Part shown: positions 1-16,745 of the stretch, in pieces
Position numbering within the stretch: the first letter of the stretch is position 1
Layout: each line of letters begins with the position of its first letter
Assembly: GCA_038215615.1 (NCBI GenBank)
Contig: JBBQQR010000006.1
Coordinates: 32,001-96,000, forward strand
Source: Vulcanimicrobiales bacterium
GTDB lineage: Bacteria > Vulcanimicrobiota > Vulcanimicrobiia > Vulcanimicrobiales > Vulcanimicrobiaceae
Direction of reading: 5' to 3'
DNA: 64,000 bases
The notes under the pieces: generated by a model
The model's database searches: none
Told to the model about the DNA's origin: nothing
Seen by the model: only the letters and a program-made list of their open reading frames with translations
Position numbers and translations under genes: made by a program

Positions 1-2
1 AA

Positions 3-3233
<3,231 letters not shown>

Positions 3234-3235
3234 CC

Positions 3236-3265
3236 GAAAGGGCCCCTAGGCGGGGCCCTTTCTTT
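3236..3265 (+). terminator. Intrinsic terminator after rpoB
   Basis: Perfect 11-bp stem GAAAGGGCCCC-taggc-GGGGCCCTTTC followed by TTT, starting just after the stop codon. Confidence 0.85.
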
Positions 3266-3361
3266 AAAAAGGGATTAGAGAGCCCTGTGGGAATCAGCCA
3301 GACAGGCAGGCGTTGAGCCTACCATCAGCGGCGCTATTTGCAAAATCTGAAAGGGAAGCTT

Positions 3362-6300
3362 ATGAGCTCTTTTCATGGCAAGCAAAGTGCGCGGACGATT
3401 TTACATTTGTTCGCGGCACTTTTCATCACGAGTTTGTTGCTCGTACAAACATGCGCGCCGGCGTTTGCGGGAACCACGGGGATCCTGAGCGGAACCGCAA
3501 CGGATTCCGCAACGCAGGCACCATTAGCCGGTGTCCAAATCGTCGCACTCGCGCCGGTTGGACGCTACACGGCAACAACCAACAACAGTGGATTCTATTC
3601 CTTAGCGGGCCTTCCGCCCGACACATACTCCGTCTCGTTCAACCTTACGGGTTACGAGCCGGTGTCGATACCCGGGCAAAACGTCTTCGCCGATTTGACG
3701 ACGACGGTCAGCACGACGCTGGTGAAGTCGCTGCGCACGATTGCGCACGTGACGTCACGCAGTGCGGGCGGCGCGTTCCAGCCAAATCAGCCGGTGAACA
3801 CGTACAGCGTCACCCAGCATCAAGTACAGACGATACTGGGTACCTCGCTAAACCTGGCGGAATCGACGCTGATCACTTCGCTGCCGGGCGGCTCGGCCGA
3901 CTCGAGCGGCTATCCGGTTATCCGCGGCGGCCGCGAAAATGAAGAGAACTTCGAATTCGAAGGCATTCCGTTCACCGACGCGTTCACAAACCAATTCACG
4001 AACTCGCTGAGCGTTCCGGGCCTGGGCCTGCAGAGCGCGCAGTTGACGCCGGGGCTTGGGAACGCGTCACAGGATAACTACGGAACGGGCACGTTCAACC
4101 TGATTGCCAAGCGCGGAGCGTATCCGGGCTTTGCGACGGGACAGTTTGCCATCGGCGCACCGGCTTTCCGGCACCAGGCAAACCTGGAATGGGGTTTCGC
4201 ATCGCCCAACGGGCGGATTTCCGCCTACATGGCGCTGTCGGACAACAACCAGAACAGCGCGTTCAACACGACCTCCGCGAACTGCTTGACTATCGGAACC
4301 TGTTTCTCACGCTTGTATCAAACAAAGCGGGAGTTTTTAGGAAACCTGGTTTACAAGTTCGGTCGCAATAACAACCAAGCGCTCCAATTCTTCACGGATA
4401 TCGGCCAGTCGATCTTCTTCACGGGGAACGCCTTCGGCGGACCCAACAACAACTGGTTGTGCTACGCATCGTGCGATCCGTTCTCGATGCAGCAGGAAAT
4501 GGCGACTTCGGGGTTTTCGACAGCGGCAATCCCACTGAATGGGACGACGTGTCCGACACCTTTGAACTGCGCCGGATATACGGCGCCGCCGCTTGGGTGC
4601 TCGACTCCGCCGATTCCCGCCTCGTGCGCAGCGGCACTGCTGGCATATTCTCGCGTTCAAACGCTCCAGGGCCTATTACAGCTCTATCCGGGGCAGAGCT
4701 CCTTGAATCAAACGCTGAGTTCGACCGGCGCCATGCCATCAACTAATTTCCAGCCGAACGCCGCGTTCAAACTCGGCTACATTTGGAATATCAATCCCTC
4801 GAGTGTCCTCGAAATGATGGCCTACCATCTGGACTCCGTTACCACGTTCGACCTTGCTCTCTCAGGCGGATACGCTTCGTTTAGTACCGCTCGCAGACAG
4901 TTGCAAGGCGGCAGAACCAGCGGCTATAAGCTCGACTTCACCAAGCAGATGGGTGATAAGAACCTGCTCAAGGCGGGTGGAGAGTACAAATACCTGATTC
5001 CTGTGTTCGATGCTCCCGCGAACGTCTATGGTTTCTTTAACTTCGCGTTCGAACACGGCGAGCAGTTCGACTTCTTGACGGGAGCTCAGTGCAGCGCCAT
5101 TGGCGTCGCACCGGCTTCGTGCGGCTACATCTACGCCAACGGCGTGACCAGCCCGCAGACCCTTCCGAAGGCGTATGAAAATACGTCGGTCGAACGTCAC
5201 GACTACGCAGCCTACATCGACGACACGTGGTCGCCGAACGACAAACTCAAAGTCGAAGGCGGCATCCGCTTCGACGGAGCGAGCTTCGGCTATCCAAATG
5301 CCCAGATCGATCCCTATACGTGCACCTCGGTCTTTTTGCCGACATACTCAACTGACTCCACCGGAGCGCTGTTGACGACGCCGAGCACGAATTCGGGTGC
5401 GCAGACCACCTATCGTAATCCGATCACCGGTGTCGTCACGACGACGGCGCTGGGCACGTGCCCGGTTGCGACATTCCCGCAGTTGACCACCCTGTCGCGC
5501 CGTCCGCTCATCCCGGAGCCGATCTTCGCGGCAACGTACCGCCTCGGCGCAAACGACTCGGTTCGCGCGTCGTGGGGACGTTCGGTCAATTTCCCGACAT
5601 TGGGCCTGGTCGACACTTCCGCCAATATCGACTACTTTGGCGGGCCGAATCGCCAGTTCTTCAAAATCCCGGGATACACGAGTGACTGCGGAGTCTTGTC
5701 CGATCAGGCCTGTGCAAACTACGCCGAGCAACTCTATTGGGATAACGCCCGTGAGTGGGCCGGCGGCGTTCCGCTCGCGCCGGTCCGCCCAACGGTCTTC
5801 GTCAACGCGGACTTTTCATGGGAACACCAATTCACGCGCGGGTTCTTGAACGGCATTTCGTTCAAGCTCACGCCGTGGTATCGCAAGGCTCAAGATGAGA
5901 CCGCCCTGGTTTCAACCCCGAAGATCGTTGGCGGCGTCCCGCTGACCAATCCGATTACGGGCGCGATCATCTTCAACCCGCCGGTGGCTAACAACCTCGG
6001 CAAGAACCAGGCGACCGGCGTCGAGGCGCAGTTCACGAAAGAGCAAACCTACGGCCTCTCGGGTCAGGTGAGCTTCACGTATCAGAACGAACTCTCGAGC
6101 GTCATCCCCGGATCGAGCAGCGAGGACTTCTATCCGTCGATTCCCGCGCAGTCCGTATTGCTCGGAAACATCTACCGCGTCGGATTCCTCTCGCCGTTCG
6201 TGGCGTCGTTCGACTTCTCGTATCAGACACATAACGGTTGGAGAATCTCACCGCAAACGCAATGGAACATCGGTTATCCGATCGGTCCTGGCTTCATCAC

Positions 6301-6778
6301 GTCGGCGTTCGTCAACGGCCAGCCCTACAACGTGCCGTTCACGAACGCATGCCCCGGCTGCTCGACAACGGGCACGGGACAATTCGTGGATCCGATGAAC
6401 CCCGGTTCGTTCTTCGCACCGAACGTTGCGGCGAACAAAGGCATTCCGATGGGGAACGCCAACGGCGGCAAGCTTTCGCATCCGTCGTCGATCACGAACC
6501 TCACAATCGAATACAACGCTCCGAAGACATGGACCGCCGGCGTCGAGGTCTTCAATCTCTTCGGTGCACTGTACGGCGGCCCGTCATTGAACGGACGCTG
6601 GCAGCCGGTTGCTAACGGCATCGGCGGACCGCTTACCGGTCAAAACGCTACGGGATACAATTTCCCGCAGTACGGACAGATCGGAAACACCGGTTCGTTG
6701 CGGCATGGGGAGAACGCCTATATCGATACGCCCAGCGGCCTCCGGACCTTTGTATTCTACTTCCAAGTCAAGATGTAA
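3362..6778 (+). CDS. TonB-dependent receptor-like outer-membrane protein with N-terminal carboxypeptidase-regulatory-like domain
   Basis: Signal peptide ending AFA, GTTG.LSG..TDSAT.APL.GV..TNNSGFYS..GLPPDTYSV domain, plug-like IRGGRENE..FEGIP, C-terminal aromatic beta-signal FYFQVKM. ATG at 3362 chosen over the TTG at 3338. Confidence 0.8.
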   Translation: MSSFHGKQSARTILHLFAALFITSLLLVQTCAPAFAGTTGILSGTATDSATQAPLAGVQIVALAPVGRYTATTNNSGFYSLAGLPPDTYSVSFNLTGYEPVSIPGQNVFADLTTTVSTTLVKSLRTIAHVTSRSAGGAFQPNQPVNTYSVTQHQVQTILGTSLNLAESTLITSLPGGSADSSGYPVIRGGRENEENFEFEGIPFTDAFTNQFTNSLSVPGLGLQSAQLTPGLGNASQDNYGTGTFNLIAKRGAYPGFATGQFAIGAPAFRHQANLEWGFASPNGRISAYMALSDNNQNSAFNTTSANCLTIGTCFSRLYQTKREFLGNLVYKFGRNNNQALQFFTDIGQSIFFTGNAFGGPNNNWLCYASCDPFSMQQEMATSGFSTAAIPLNGTTCPTPLNCAGYTAPPLGCSTPPIPASCAAALLAYSRVQTLQGLLQLYPGQSSLNQTLSSTGAMPSTNFQPNAAFKLGYIWNINPSSVLEMMAYHLDSVTTFDLALSGGYASFSTARRQLQGGRTSGYKLDFTKQMGDKNLLKAGGEYKYLIPVFDAPANVYGFFNFAFEHGEQFDFLTGAQCSAIGVAPASCGYIYANGVTSPQTLPKAYENTSVERHDYAAYIDDTWSPNDKLKVEGGIRFDGASFGYPNAQIDPYTCTSVFLPTYSTDSTGALLTTPSTNSGAQTTYRNPITGVVTTTALGTCPVATFPQLTTLSRRPLIPEPIFAATYRLGANDSVRASWGRSVNFPTLGLVDTSANIDYFGGPNRQFFKIPGYTSDCGVLSDQACANYAEQLYWDNAREWAGGVPLAPVRPTVFVNADFSWEHQFTRGFLNGISFKLTPWYRKAQDETALVSTPKIVGGVPLTNPITGAIIFNPPVANNLGKNQATGVEAQFTKEQTYGLSGQVSFTYQNELSSVIPGSSSEDFYPSIPAQSVLLGNIYRVGFLSPFVASFDFSYQTHNGWRISPQTQWNIGYPIGPGFITSAFVNGQPYNVPFTNACPGCSTTGTGQFVDPMNPGSFFAPNVAANKGIPMGNANGGKLSHPSSITNLTIEYNAPKTWTAGVEVFNLFGALYGGPSLNGRWQPVANGIGGPLTGQNATGYNFPQYGQIGNTGSLRHGENAYIDTPSGLRTFVFYFQVKM

Positions 6779-6787
6779 GGAGCGACT

Positions 6788-7900
6788 TTGATCAACCACA
6801 AAATCATCGCGGCGGCTGTCGTCGCGGCGCTCCTTGCAGGGTGCTCCGCCAACGGCACCGCGAGCCCGCCGACCTCAGTCGTCAGCAATCTCGGAGCCAA
6901 CGTACTGCAGTTTGCGGTCGGTACGGCAAACATGGGGCAAACCGGAACGGTCGGCCTGAACACGGTCTCGACGTTCCGTCAGCCCAATGGATTGACGGCC
7001 ACGCTCGTCAACACACCGACGATCACGGCACCGGCGGGATTCGTCCCGCCGGCCTGTGGCGCCACGTGCGTTGACAATGCAGTGACCCACCAAATGAGTG
7101 GTGCGCCGCAAAACGTCAATCCGGCTGTCACCAACCCCGTCACGACGTTCGGACAAGCCGGGGGCGTCTTCTCATTCGGCATTGCGCCGGAAAATGAAGG
7201 CGCGACCGGTGCCGCAATTTATACGCGGTACGTCCAGCCCTTCACGGGATCGACGACGGCTTCGGCCACAAATCCGAACTACACTGGTGGACCGCCGGCC
7301 TATCCGTTCTTTAAAGACGGAACCTTCCCGGCGGCATTCTCTGGGTACTCGCAAGGGTTTGATATGTTCAACGCTACACCGGTCGCGGGCGCATACACGC
7401 TCTCGGTCGTCGTGGCCACGAGCAATGCGGGAACCACCACGTTTACGGCGTCCAGCACGCTTGCTAACCTCGTTGCGTTGCCGGCCCTTACCGTGCCGAC
7501 ATTCGTCAAAGACGGTTTGGGCGGCGGCGCCGGAGTAGTCACCGTTCCGGTCGACGCGCGCGTCGTGGAAACGATGGTCTACTTCCAGAATGTCTCGCAA
7601 GGTACGTTCTTTGCGGTCGGTCCGATTCGCGGCACCGGCGCGCAAGCGTACACGTTGCCGGATTTCCTGGGACCCTGCGGCGGAGCCGCGGGCACGGGTT
7701 GCCAGAACAACGCAGCCACACGTTCGGTCACGTTTGCAACCGGAAACACCGTCCGGATCTACGCGGCCACGTATGACTATCCGATGTTCGAAGCATCGCC
7801 GCCGGGAAATACGCAACAGTCCCCCGCCATCAACGGCGGAGCCGCTACGAGCAACCAAGCGGACCTCACCACGTCAGCGGTGACGTCAATAGTCTACTAA
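6788..7900 (+). CDS. Lipoprotein, probable partner of the upstream TonB-dependent receptor
   Basis: AAGGAG SD before TTG, lipobox LLAGC, Thr/Ala/Gly-rich beta-type sequence, 9 nt after the receptor stop. Confidence 0.8.
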   Translation: MINHKIIAAAVVAALLAGCSANGTASPPTSVVSNLGANVLQFAVGTANMGQTGTVGLNTVSTFRQPNGLTATLVNTPTITAPAGFVPPACGATCVDNAVTHQMSGAPQNVNPAVTNPVTTFGQAGGVFSFGIAPENEGATGAAIYTRYVQPFTGSTTASATNPNYTGGPPAYPFFKDGTFPAAFSGYSQGFDMFNATPVAGAYTLSVVVATSNAGTTTFTASSTLANLVALPALTVPTFVKDGLGGGAGVVTVPVDARVVETMVYFQNVSQGTFFAVGPIRGTGAQAYTLPDFLGPCGGAAGTGCQNNAATRSVTFATGNTVRIYAATYDYPMFEASPPGNTQQSPAINGGAATSNQADLTTSAVTSIVY

Positions 7901-7923
7901 CCGCTTAGCAGGGCTAAAGCAGC

Positions 7924-7965
7924 ACAAAGGGCCCGGAGAAATCCGGGCCCTTTGTTTTTTATTTT
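7924..7965 (+). terminator. Intrinsic terminator
   Basis: Perfect 14-bp stem ACAAAGGGCCCGGA-gaaa-TCCGGGCCCTTTGT followed by a T-run. Confidence 0.92.
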
Positions 7966-7996
7966 GCCTCGGCGTGCGTGCTCGCGTCGGGAGCCA

Positions 7997-8272
7997 TCAT
8001 CTGGGCTTGTTGGCTTGCGTGCTGCTCTTGTCCGGCGCGAGCTCGCCTCGAACGTTGCGCACTCGCCTCGCTTCGTCGGTCAGCTGCTGGAGCTCTCTAA
8101 CATAAAAAGCGATGAGGCGCCGGTCGATGTCGCGGCCAAGGTTTTCGTGGATGATCTTTTGCAGGTCGCGCTCCATCTGATCAACGAGCGGGGGCGCGGG
8201 CAAATGGGAGTACTCCGCAGCCAGATCCTTAATGCTACGCCAGACCCTATCGGGAGCGCCGGGACCGTCCAT
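7997..8272 (-). CDS. Small hypothetical helical protein
   Basis: 91-aa ORF with amphipathic helical composition and GGA-containing SD-like sequence upstream; fills the gap and converges on the terminator. Confidence 0.55.
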   Translation of the reverse strand: MDGPGAPDRVWRSIKDLAAEYSHLPAPPLVDQMERDLQKIIHENLGRDIDRRLIAFYVRELQQLTDEARRVRNVRGELAPDKSSTQANKPR

Positions 8273-8317
8273 TCAGGGTCCTATCCCCAACTTTGGTACA
8301 ACCAAAACGTAGCGCCG

Positions 8318-8416
8318 CTAGGCGCGGCGGTTCGACTCTGCGATCCCGCCCATGTACATTAAGAGAGTGACCACCATGCCAGCGGCGGCGATGAGCAGGA
8401 CGATCGTTTCGTTCAT
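8318..8416 (-). CDS. Small single-pass membrane peptide, 32 aa (MNETIVLLIAAAGMVVTLLMYMGGIAESNRRA)
   Basis: Translated manually (below the ORF-track cutoff); one clean hydrophobic helix followed by a basic C-terminus. Confidence 0.55.
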   Translation of the reverse strand: MNETIVLLIAAAGMVVTLLMYMGGIAESNRRA

Positions 8417-8511
8417 GCCGCCGAATTTAGCCGCCGGGGCCGGGCGTTACTGCGCAGCCCGCGCATCACAGCTTGGCAGGCGGCCGTCAGCTGAGCGCAA
8501 ATTCCTGGCCC

Positions 8512-9213
8512 GTGGTTCACACTGAAGAGCGCATTTCCCACGACGACGGCGCGCAGACGACCTTAGAGCGCTGGGGCGAAGGGGGTCCGGCAATTCTCGC
8601 GATTCACGGCATGACCGGCTCGCGCAAAGCGTGGGAGCAGCTGGCTGCCCACTATGGAGGCGAGGCTCGAATCTACGCGTACGACCAGCGCGGCCACGGT
8701 GACGGACCGCCCGATGGTCCGATGACCCTTCACCGGTCGCTGCTCGATCTTTACAACGTCATGTCCGCGATCCCCGAAGGCGTCGACACGCTAGTCGGGC
8801 ATTCGTGGGGCGGCGCCATTGCGATACTGGGCGGCCGCCGCTTTGACTGCAACCGAGTCATTGCGATCGACCCGATGATTCGCCAGGCCGAATCGTCGTG
8901 GTACGATGCGTTTTTGCGGGACTTAAAAAAGCAAAAACTTCCCGGGAAAACGATCAAAAAACTGCGTGATGAGAACCCGCCGGCGATGTGGGATCTGCGC
9001 GCAGATCTCGAGCGCTATCCCAAACCGTTGCTGCTGGCCGTCGGTGAAGGCCCGGAAAGCTTATTCGCGCTCGACGATATGAAGTTCGTTCGGGAGCGCG
9101 GCGGCCCGAATGTGGCGCTGCGCGTTTTCGAGGGACAGGGACACAACTTGCACCGCACGGACTTCGAGCGGTTCACGCGCGAATTCGATACGTTCCTGGC
9201 GCGCACACCGTAG
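8512..9213 (+). CDS. Alpha/beta-fold hydrolase
   Basis: IHGMTG oxyanion region, DQRGHG, nucleophile GHSWGG, C-terminal GH. Start GTG 8512 inferred. Confidence 0.9.
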   Translation: MVHTEERISHDDGAQTTLERWGEGGPAILAIHGMTGSRKAWEQLAAHYGGEARIYAYDQRGHGDGPPDGPMTLHRSLLDLYNVMSAIPEGVDTLVGHSWGGAIAILGGRRFDCNRVIAIDPMIRQAESSWYDAFLRDLKKQKLPGKTIKKLRDENPPAMWDLRADLERYPKPLLLAVGEGPESLFALDDMKFVRERGGPNVALRVFEGQGHNLHRTDFERFTREFDTFLARTP

Positions 9214-9217
9214 ATCT

Positions 9218-10216
9218 CTACGGCAGCTCCATGCCGGCGGTGCCGGGAGGTGCAGCCGGCGTCCAATCGGGAGAACACACGCGCATATAGTCGGCAGCCG
9301 GTGTGGCTTGGCAGGGCGGCGGAAGGTCTCCACCGGTCGGTTCGCTCAAGCCGCCCTCGCTGTGTGTCTGGGTGTCGAAGAGCGCCCACGTATAGCCGCG
9401 ATCGTAACTCTCGTAGTAACGCGACGTGGTCGTTTGCAACCAGTGGTATTTGGGCCACTCTGCGTTCGAGCAGTCAGCCCGGCTCGGACAATCTTGCCAA
9501 CGCCCGATGACTTGGGCGCGCACTATCGCCGCGGTGAAACGATTGCGCGCCGGCGAATTGGACGGCGCCGGTGTATAACGTAGCACGATCGTGAAACCGC
9601 CCGGCGCGGTTTGCGTGGAAAGCTGCAACTCTCGGGTGATGCGCGCAAATCGTATACGCGCGAACGTGATTTGATTGCCGCCCGCCACCCACGGACGCGT
9701 GCGATCAAAACGCACTTCCGCCGGGTGCAGTCCGGCGCCTCGATACAGGTCCGAATACACGGGTGAGCCGGGATCTTGCAGCGCCGTTACCGGATAGGTT
9801 CGCGCGAAGAATTCCTCGACCCCGGCCACCGGCGCGCCGTCCACCATTGGCGCTGCGCCCACTTGCGCATACAGCAGCCGCGCAATGTGATGCTCGGTCT
9901 TGTCGTAGGAATAGGCAGCGAAGTGAGCGCGATTCTGCGCGTCACGGAAGAAAAAATCCACTTCGTGTCCATCGGCGTTGGAGGAGCCGTACGCATCGAG
10001 CGGTGGCGTGAAGATCGCCCATGCGGAATCTCCGTCCGCCTCCAACCGATCCGCCACCCAACCGATTGCGGCCTCTCCCATGCGATGCTGCGCAAGTGAT
10101 GCATTCCAGCGCAACGCCTGAGCTATCGCAGACAAAGCGAAAAACCCGATGACGGTGACCACCGCCACGGCGACGACCGTTTCCAACAGCGTGAATCCGC
10201 GCTGCGGTCGCTTCAC
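9218..10216 (-). CDS. Prepilin-type N-terminal cleavage/methylation domain protein (minor pilin/pseudopilin)
   Basis: KRPQRG|FTLLE followed by a hydrophobic helix; C-terminal Cys pairs. Start is GTG 10216 or ATG 10237. Confidence 0.8.
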   Translation of the reverse strand: MKRPQRGFTLLETVVAVAVVTVIGFFALSAIAQALRWNASLAQHRMGEAAIGWVADRLEADGDSAWAIFTPPLDAYGSSNADGHEVDFFFRDAQNRAHFAAYSYDKTEHHIARLLYAQVGAAPMVDGAPVAGVEEFFARTYPVTALQDPGSPVYSDLYRGAGLHPAEVRFDRTRPWVAGGNQITFARIRFARITRELQLSTQTAPGGFTIVLRYTPAPSNSPARNRFTAAIVRAQVIGRWQDCPSRADCSNAEWPKYHWLQTTTSRYYESYDRGYTWALFDTQTHSEGGLSEPTGGDLPPPCQATPAADYMRVCSPDWTPAAPPGTAGMELP

Positions 10217-10259
10217 CCACCGAAGAGTGCCCTTCATCGCGCTGCCGAAGCCCTCCGGG

Positions 10260-11783
10260 ATGTCGGCATCGCTCGAAAAGCGAGGAACGCTCGTGATCGT
10301 AGCCGCCATTCTCGGTTCTGGGATGGCGCTGCTCGACGGCACGGCGGTAAACGTCATTCTACCGCTCGTCCAGCGCGATCTGCACGCGGGCGCGCAGTTT
10401 GTGCAATGGGTCGTCGAGGGGTACGCACTGTTCGCGTCTGCCTTGATCCTCGTTGGCGGTGCGCTCGGCGATGTTTACGGACGGCGCAGGATGTTCGTCG
10501 CAGGGACGGCACTTTTCGCCGCTGCTTCAATCGGCTGTGCCGTGGCGCAAACGATCGAAGAGCTCATCGTCGCGCGCTGCGTGCAGGGTGTCGGCGCCGC
10601 GCTGCTCGTCCCGGAAAGCTTGGCCCTCATCAGCGCGCAGTTCGATCCGAAAGCTCGCGGCAAGGCGATCGGAACCTGGGCGGCGTTTTCCGCGATCAGC
10701 GGGGCGGTAGGGCCGGTTCTCGGCGGCGTCATCGCGCAGAGTTTCTCGTGGCGCTGGGTGTTCTTGTTGAACGTGCCGATTGGTGCACTCGTTGTCTTCA
10801 TTTCCTCGCGCTGGATCAAAGAAAGCCGCGATGAGTCGGCCGGCCCGCATATCGATTTTAGCGGCGCTGCATTGGCGACTGCCGGCCTTGGAGGGCTCGT
10901 GTACGCGTTGATCAGTTTGCAGGGTGCGCACAACGCGTTTTCGCTCGCGATCGGCGTCGCATCGCTGGCCCTACTCGTGTTCTTCGTCATGTATGAGAAG
11001 CGCGCGCGCTCACCGATGATGCCGCTGCGTTTTTTTGGTTCGCGCGACTTTGCAGCCGCCAACGCGTACACGTTTCTGCTGTACGCTGGTCTAGGCGGCA
11101 GTTTGTTCTTCGTTCCCTTCGACCTGATCAATGTGCAGCATTACACGCCCGTGCAAGCCGGCGCATCGATGTTGCCCATGACGACGATCATCTTCTTGTT
11201 TTCGCGTTTCAGCGGCGCGCTGCAAGTGCGTTTCGGAGCGCGCGCGATGCTCTCGTCCGGCGCATTCGTGGCGGCTCTGGGATTCGTTTTGTTCGCGATC
11301 GCCGGCGAAGGGAAGAGCTACTGGGTGTCATTCTTCCCGGCGTCGGTCGTCTTGGGAATTGGCGCGGCACTTTTTGTCGCCCCGCTTACCGCTACCGTGA
11401 TGAACTCGCTGGAGACCGCTCATGCGGGCGTGGCGTCCGGAGTAAATAACGCGATTTCGCGAGCCGCCGGCCTGCTTGCGGTAGCAGCTCTCGGGCTGCT
11501 TCTAAGCGCGGCGTTCTATCGCGCTTATGACGCGGAGATCGGCCAGGCCGCGATTGCAGCGCAGACGCGGCAGGCGCTGTCGCGCGACCGCGCGCGGCTG
11601 CTGACCGGCTACGTGCCGGCCAATATCGCGCCGGCTGACCGGCCGGTGGTCCGTGCGATCGTCGACCGCGCGTTCGTCGGCGGGTTCGCCTGGGCTATGG
11701 TGAGCTCGGCGGCGCTCGCGTTCGCTGCCGCCGGGATTGCAAAATTTTCGTTCGGGCTTGCGCAAGCGGCTAGAACCGGCTGA
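10260..11783 (+). CDS. MFS transporter, DHA2 (EmrB/QacA-like) family
   Basis: LDGTAVNVILP, GALGDVYGRRR motif A, WRWVFLLNVPIG, about 14 TM segments. Confidence 0.93.
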   Translation: MSASLEKRGTLVIVAAILGSGMALLDGTAVNVILPLVQRDLHAGAQFVQWVVEGYALFASALILVGGALGDVYGRRRMFVAGTALFAAASIGCAVAQTIEELIVARCVQGVGAALLVPESLALISAQFDPKARGKAIGTWAAFSAISGAVGPVLGGVIAQSFSWRWVFLLNVPIGALVVFISSRWIKESRDESAGPHIDFSGAALATAGLGGLVYALISLQGAHNAFSLAIGVASLALLVFFVMYEKRARSPMMPLRFFGSRDFAAANAYTFLLYAGLGGSLFFVPFDLINVQHYTPVQAGASMLPMTTIIFLFSRFSGALQVRFGARAMLSSGAFVAALGFVLFAIAGEGKSYWVSFFPASVVLGIGAALFVAPLTATVMNSLETAHAGVASGVNNAISRAAGLLAVAALGLLLSAAFYRAYDAEIGQAAIAAQTRQALSRDRARLLTGYVPANIAPADRPVVRAIVDRAFVGGFAWAMVSSAALAFAAAGIAKFSFGLAQAARTG

Positions 11784-11838
11784 CCAGACATGCTAACTTT
11801 AGGGTGGTGCTGCTCCTTTTGAGCCGGCCGGTTTTTCA

Positions 11839-12168
11839 ATGTCGCAAACACAAACTCGGGTCGTTGTTCTCGACGGCGATTGGGATATCGCCCGGCGTGA
11901 CGAGCTCGAACGGTTGCTGACGCCCGCCTACGACTTCCTGGGCGGCCTGATTATCGACATGCAGGCCGTCAACTACGCCGACAGCACGACTCTGGCTGCC
12001 CTCATCGTGCTGCGGAACCGGCGCCGGAAAAAGGGCCTGGCCCTCCCGAGCCTGGTCATCGGCTCCCGCCAGGTCCGCCGGCTTCTGAGCATTGCCGGGC
12101 TGGGCGAGGCCTTTTCGCTCTACGAAAGCGTCGAAGAGGCCAAAGCCCGCGACGCCTTGACCCCTTAG
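11839..12168 (+). CDS. STAS domain protein (anti-sigma factor antagonist-like)
   Basis: LDGDWDI, IIDMQAVNYADST(T)L phospho-Ser motif, LLSIAGL..F.LYESVEEA. Confidence 0.85.
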   Translation: MSQTQTRVVVLDGDWDIARRDELERLLTPAYDFLGGLIIDMQAVNYADSTTLAALIVLRNRRRKKGLALPSLVIGSRQVRRLLSIAGLGEAFSLYESVEEAKARDALTP

Positions 12169-12185
12169 AGTCGGAGCCGTATAAT
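12157..12185 (+). promoter_or_regulatory. Sigma70-type promoter of rpoC
   Basis: TTGACC (12157-62), 17 nt, TATAAT (12180-85), about 115 nt upstream of rpoC. Confidence 0.85.
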
Positions 12186-12299
12186 AGCCCTCTGTGCCCG
12201 CCCTTGGCGGCCAGCGGCAACGGTGGGACTCCTTACGTGACCACGTGAGATGAGCGCCCTGCGTAAGCCCGGCCAACGCGCGATGGCTCCGGAGACTCC

Positions 12300-16115
<3,816 letters not shown>

Positions 16116-16121
16116 ATCGCA

Positions 16122-16745
16122 GTGAGGGGTCGCGCTGCCGTTTTTGTTCGTTACCTCAGCGGCGACGGCGCGGGACACGTCGGCTGGGCGTTCGAGTACG
16201 ATCCGCCTAAGCTGATTGATTCGGGATCGGTTGAGAATCACACGGGAGGCATCCATGCGGATGCCTCCCACATGGATTTTTGGAACGAACTGAGTTCCGA
16301 TCCCGTCGCGTGCATGCGCAAGAACCAGTACGACGACGTAAAGTTCGTCGACGTGGACGATCCCGACCCCGTAACCGCTTATGAGACGGTGCTCTGGATC
16401 GGGAAACACGCCTACATGGCCATTTTGCGCAATTGCCTCGACGACGCATACGACGTGCTGCGCGCGTACGGCGTCCCCGATCTCGAACCACCCTCCCACG
16501 ACTGGCTTCCGAGAAATTGGTTTGCCCATTTCAACGGTACGCAGCGGCCCGTGGCCGAGTTTGATTGGCACGAGGGTCTTACGGAACGAGCCGGAGGAAG
16601 CCAAACGCTGCCGGCCCCCGATTCACTCGAACCGAAAGCTCCGGATTGGCGCAACCCGTTGCGCACGGTCTTTTCCTTATTTCGGTTGGAACTTTTTCGC
16701 GATTTCTTTCGCGGGCTCGTTCACCGCCGCCGCCGCCGGGGTTAG
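16122..16745 (+). CDS. Hypothetical protein, possible permuted papain-like (NlpC/P60) hydrolase
   Basis: GHVGWAF His motif precedes YMAILRNC Cys motif; starts 6 nt after the rpoC stop. Confidence 0.6.
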   Translation: MRGRAAVFVRYLSGDGAGHVGWAFEYDPPKLIDSGSVENHTGGIHADASHMDFWNELSSDPVACMRKNQYDDVKFVDVDDPDPVTAYETVLWIGKHAYMAILRNCLDDAYDVLRAYGVPDLEPPSHDWLPRNWFAHFNGTQRPVAEFDWHEGLTERAGGSQTLPAPDSLEPKAPDWRNPLRTVFSLFRLELFRDFFRGLVHRRRRRG

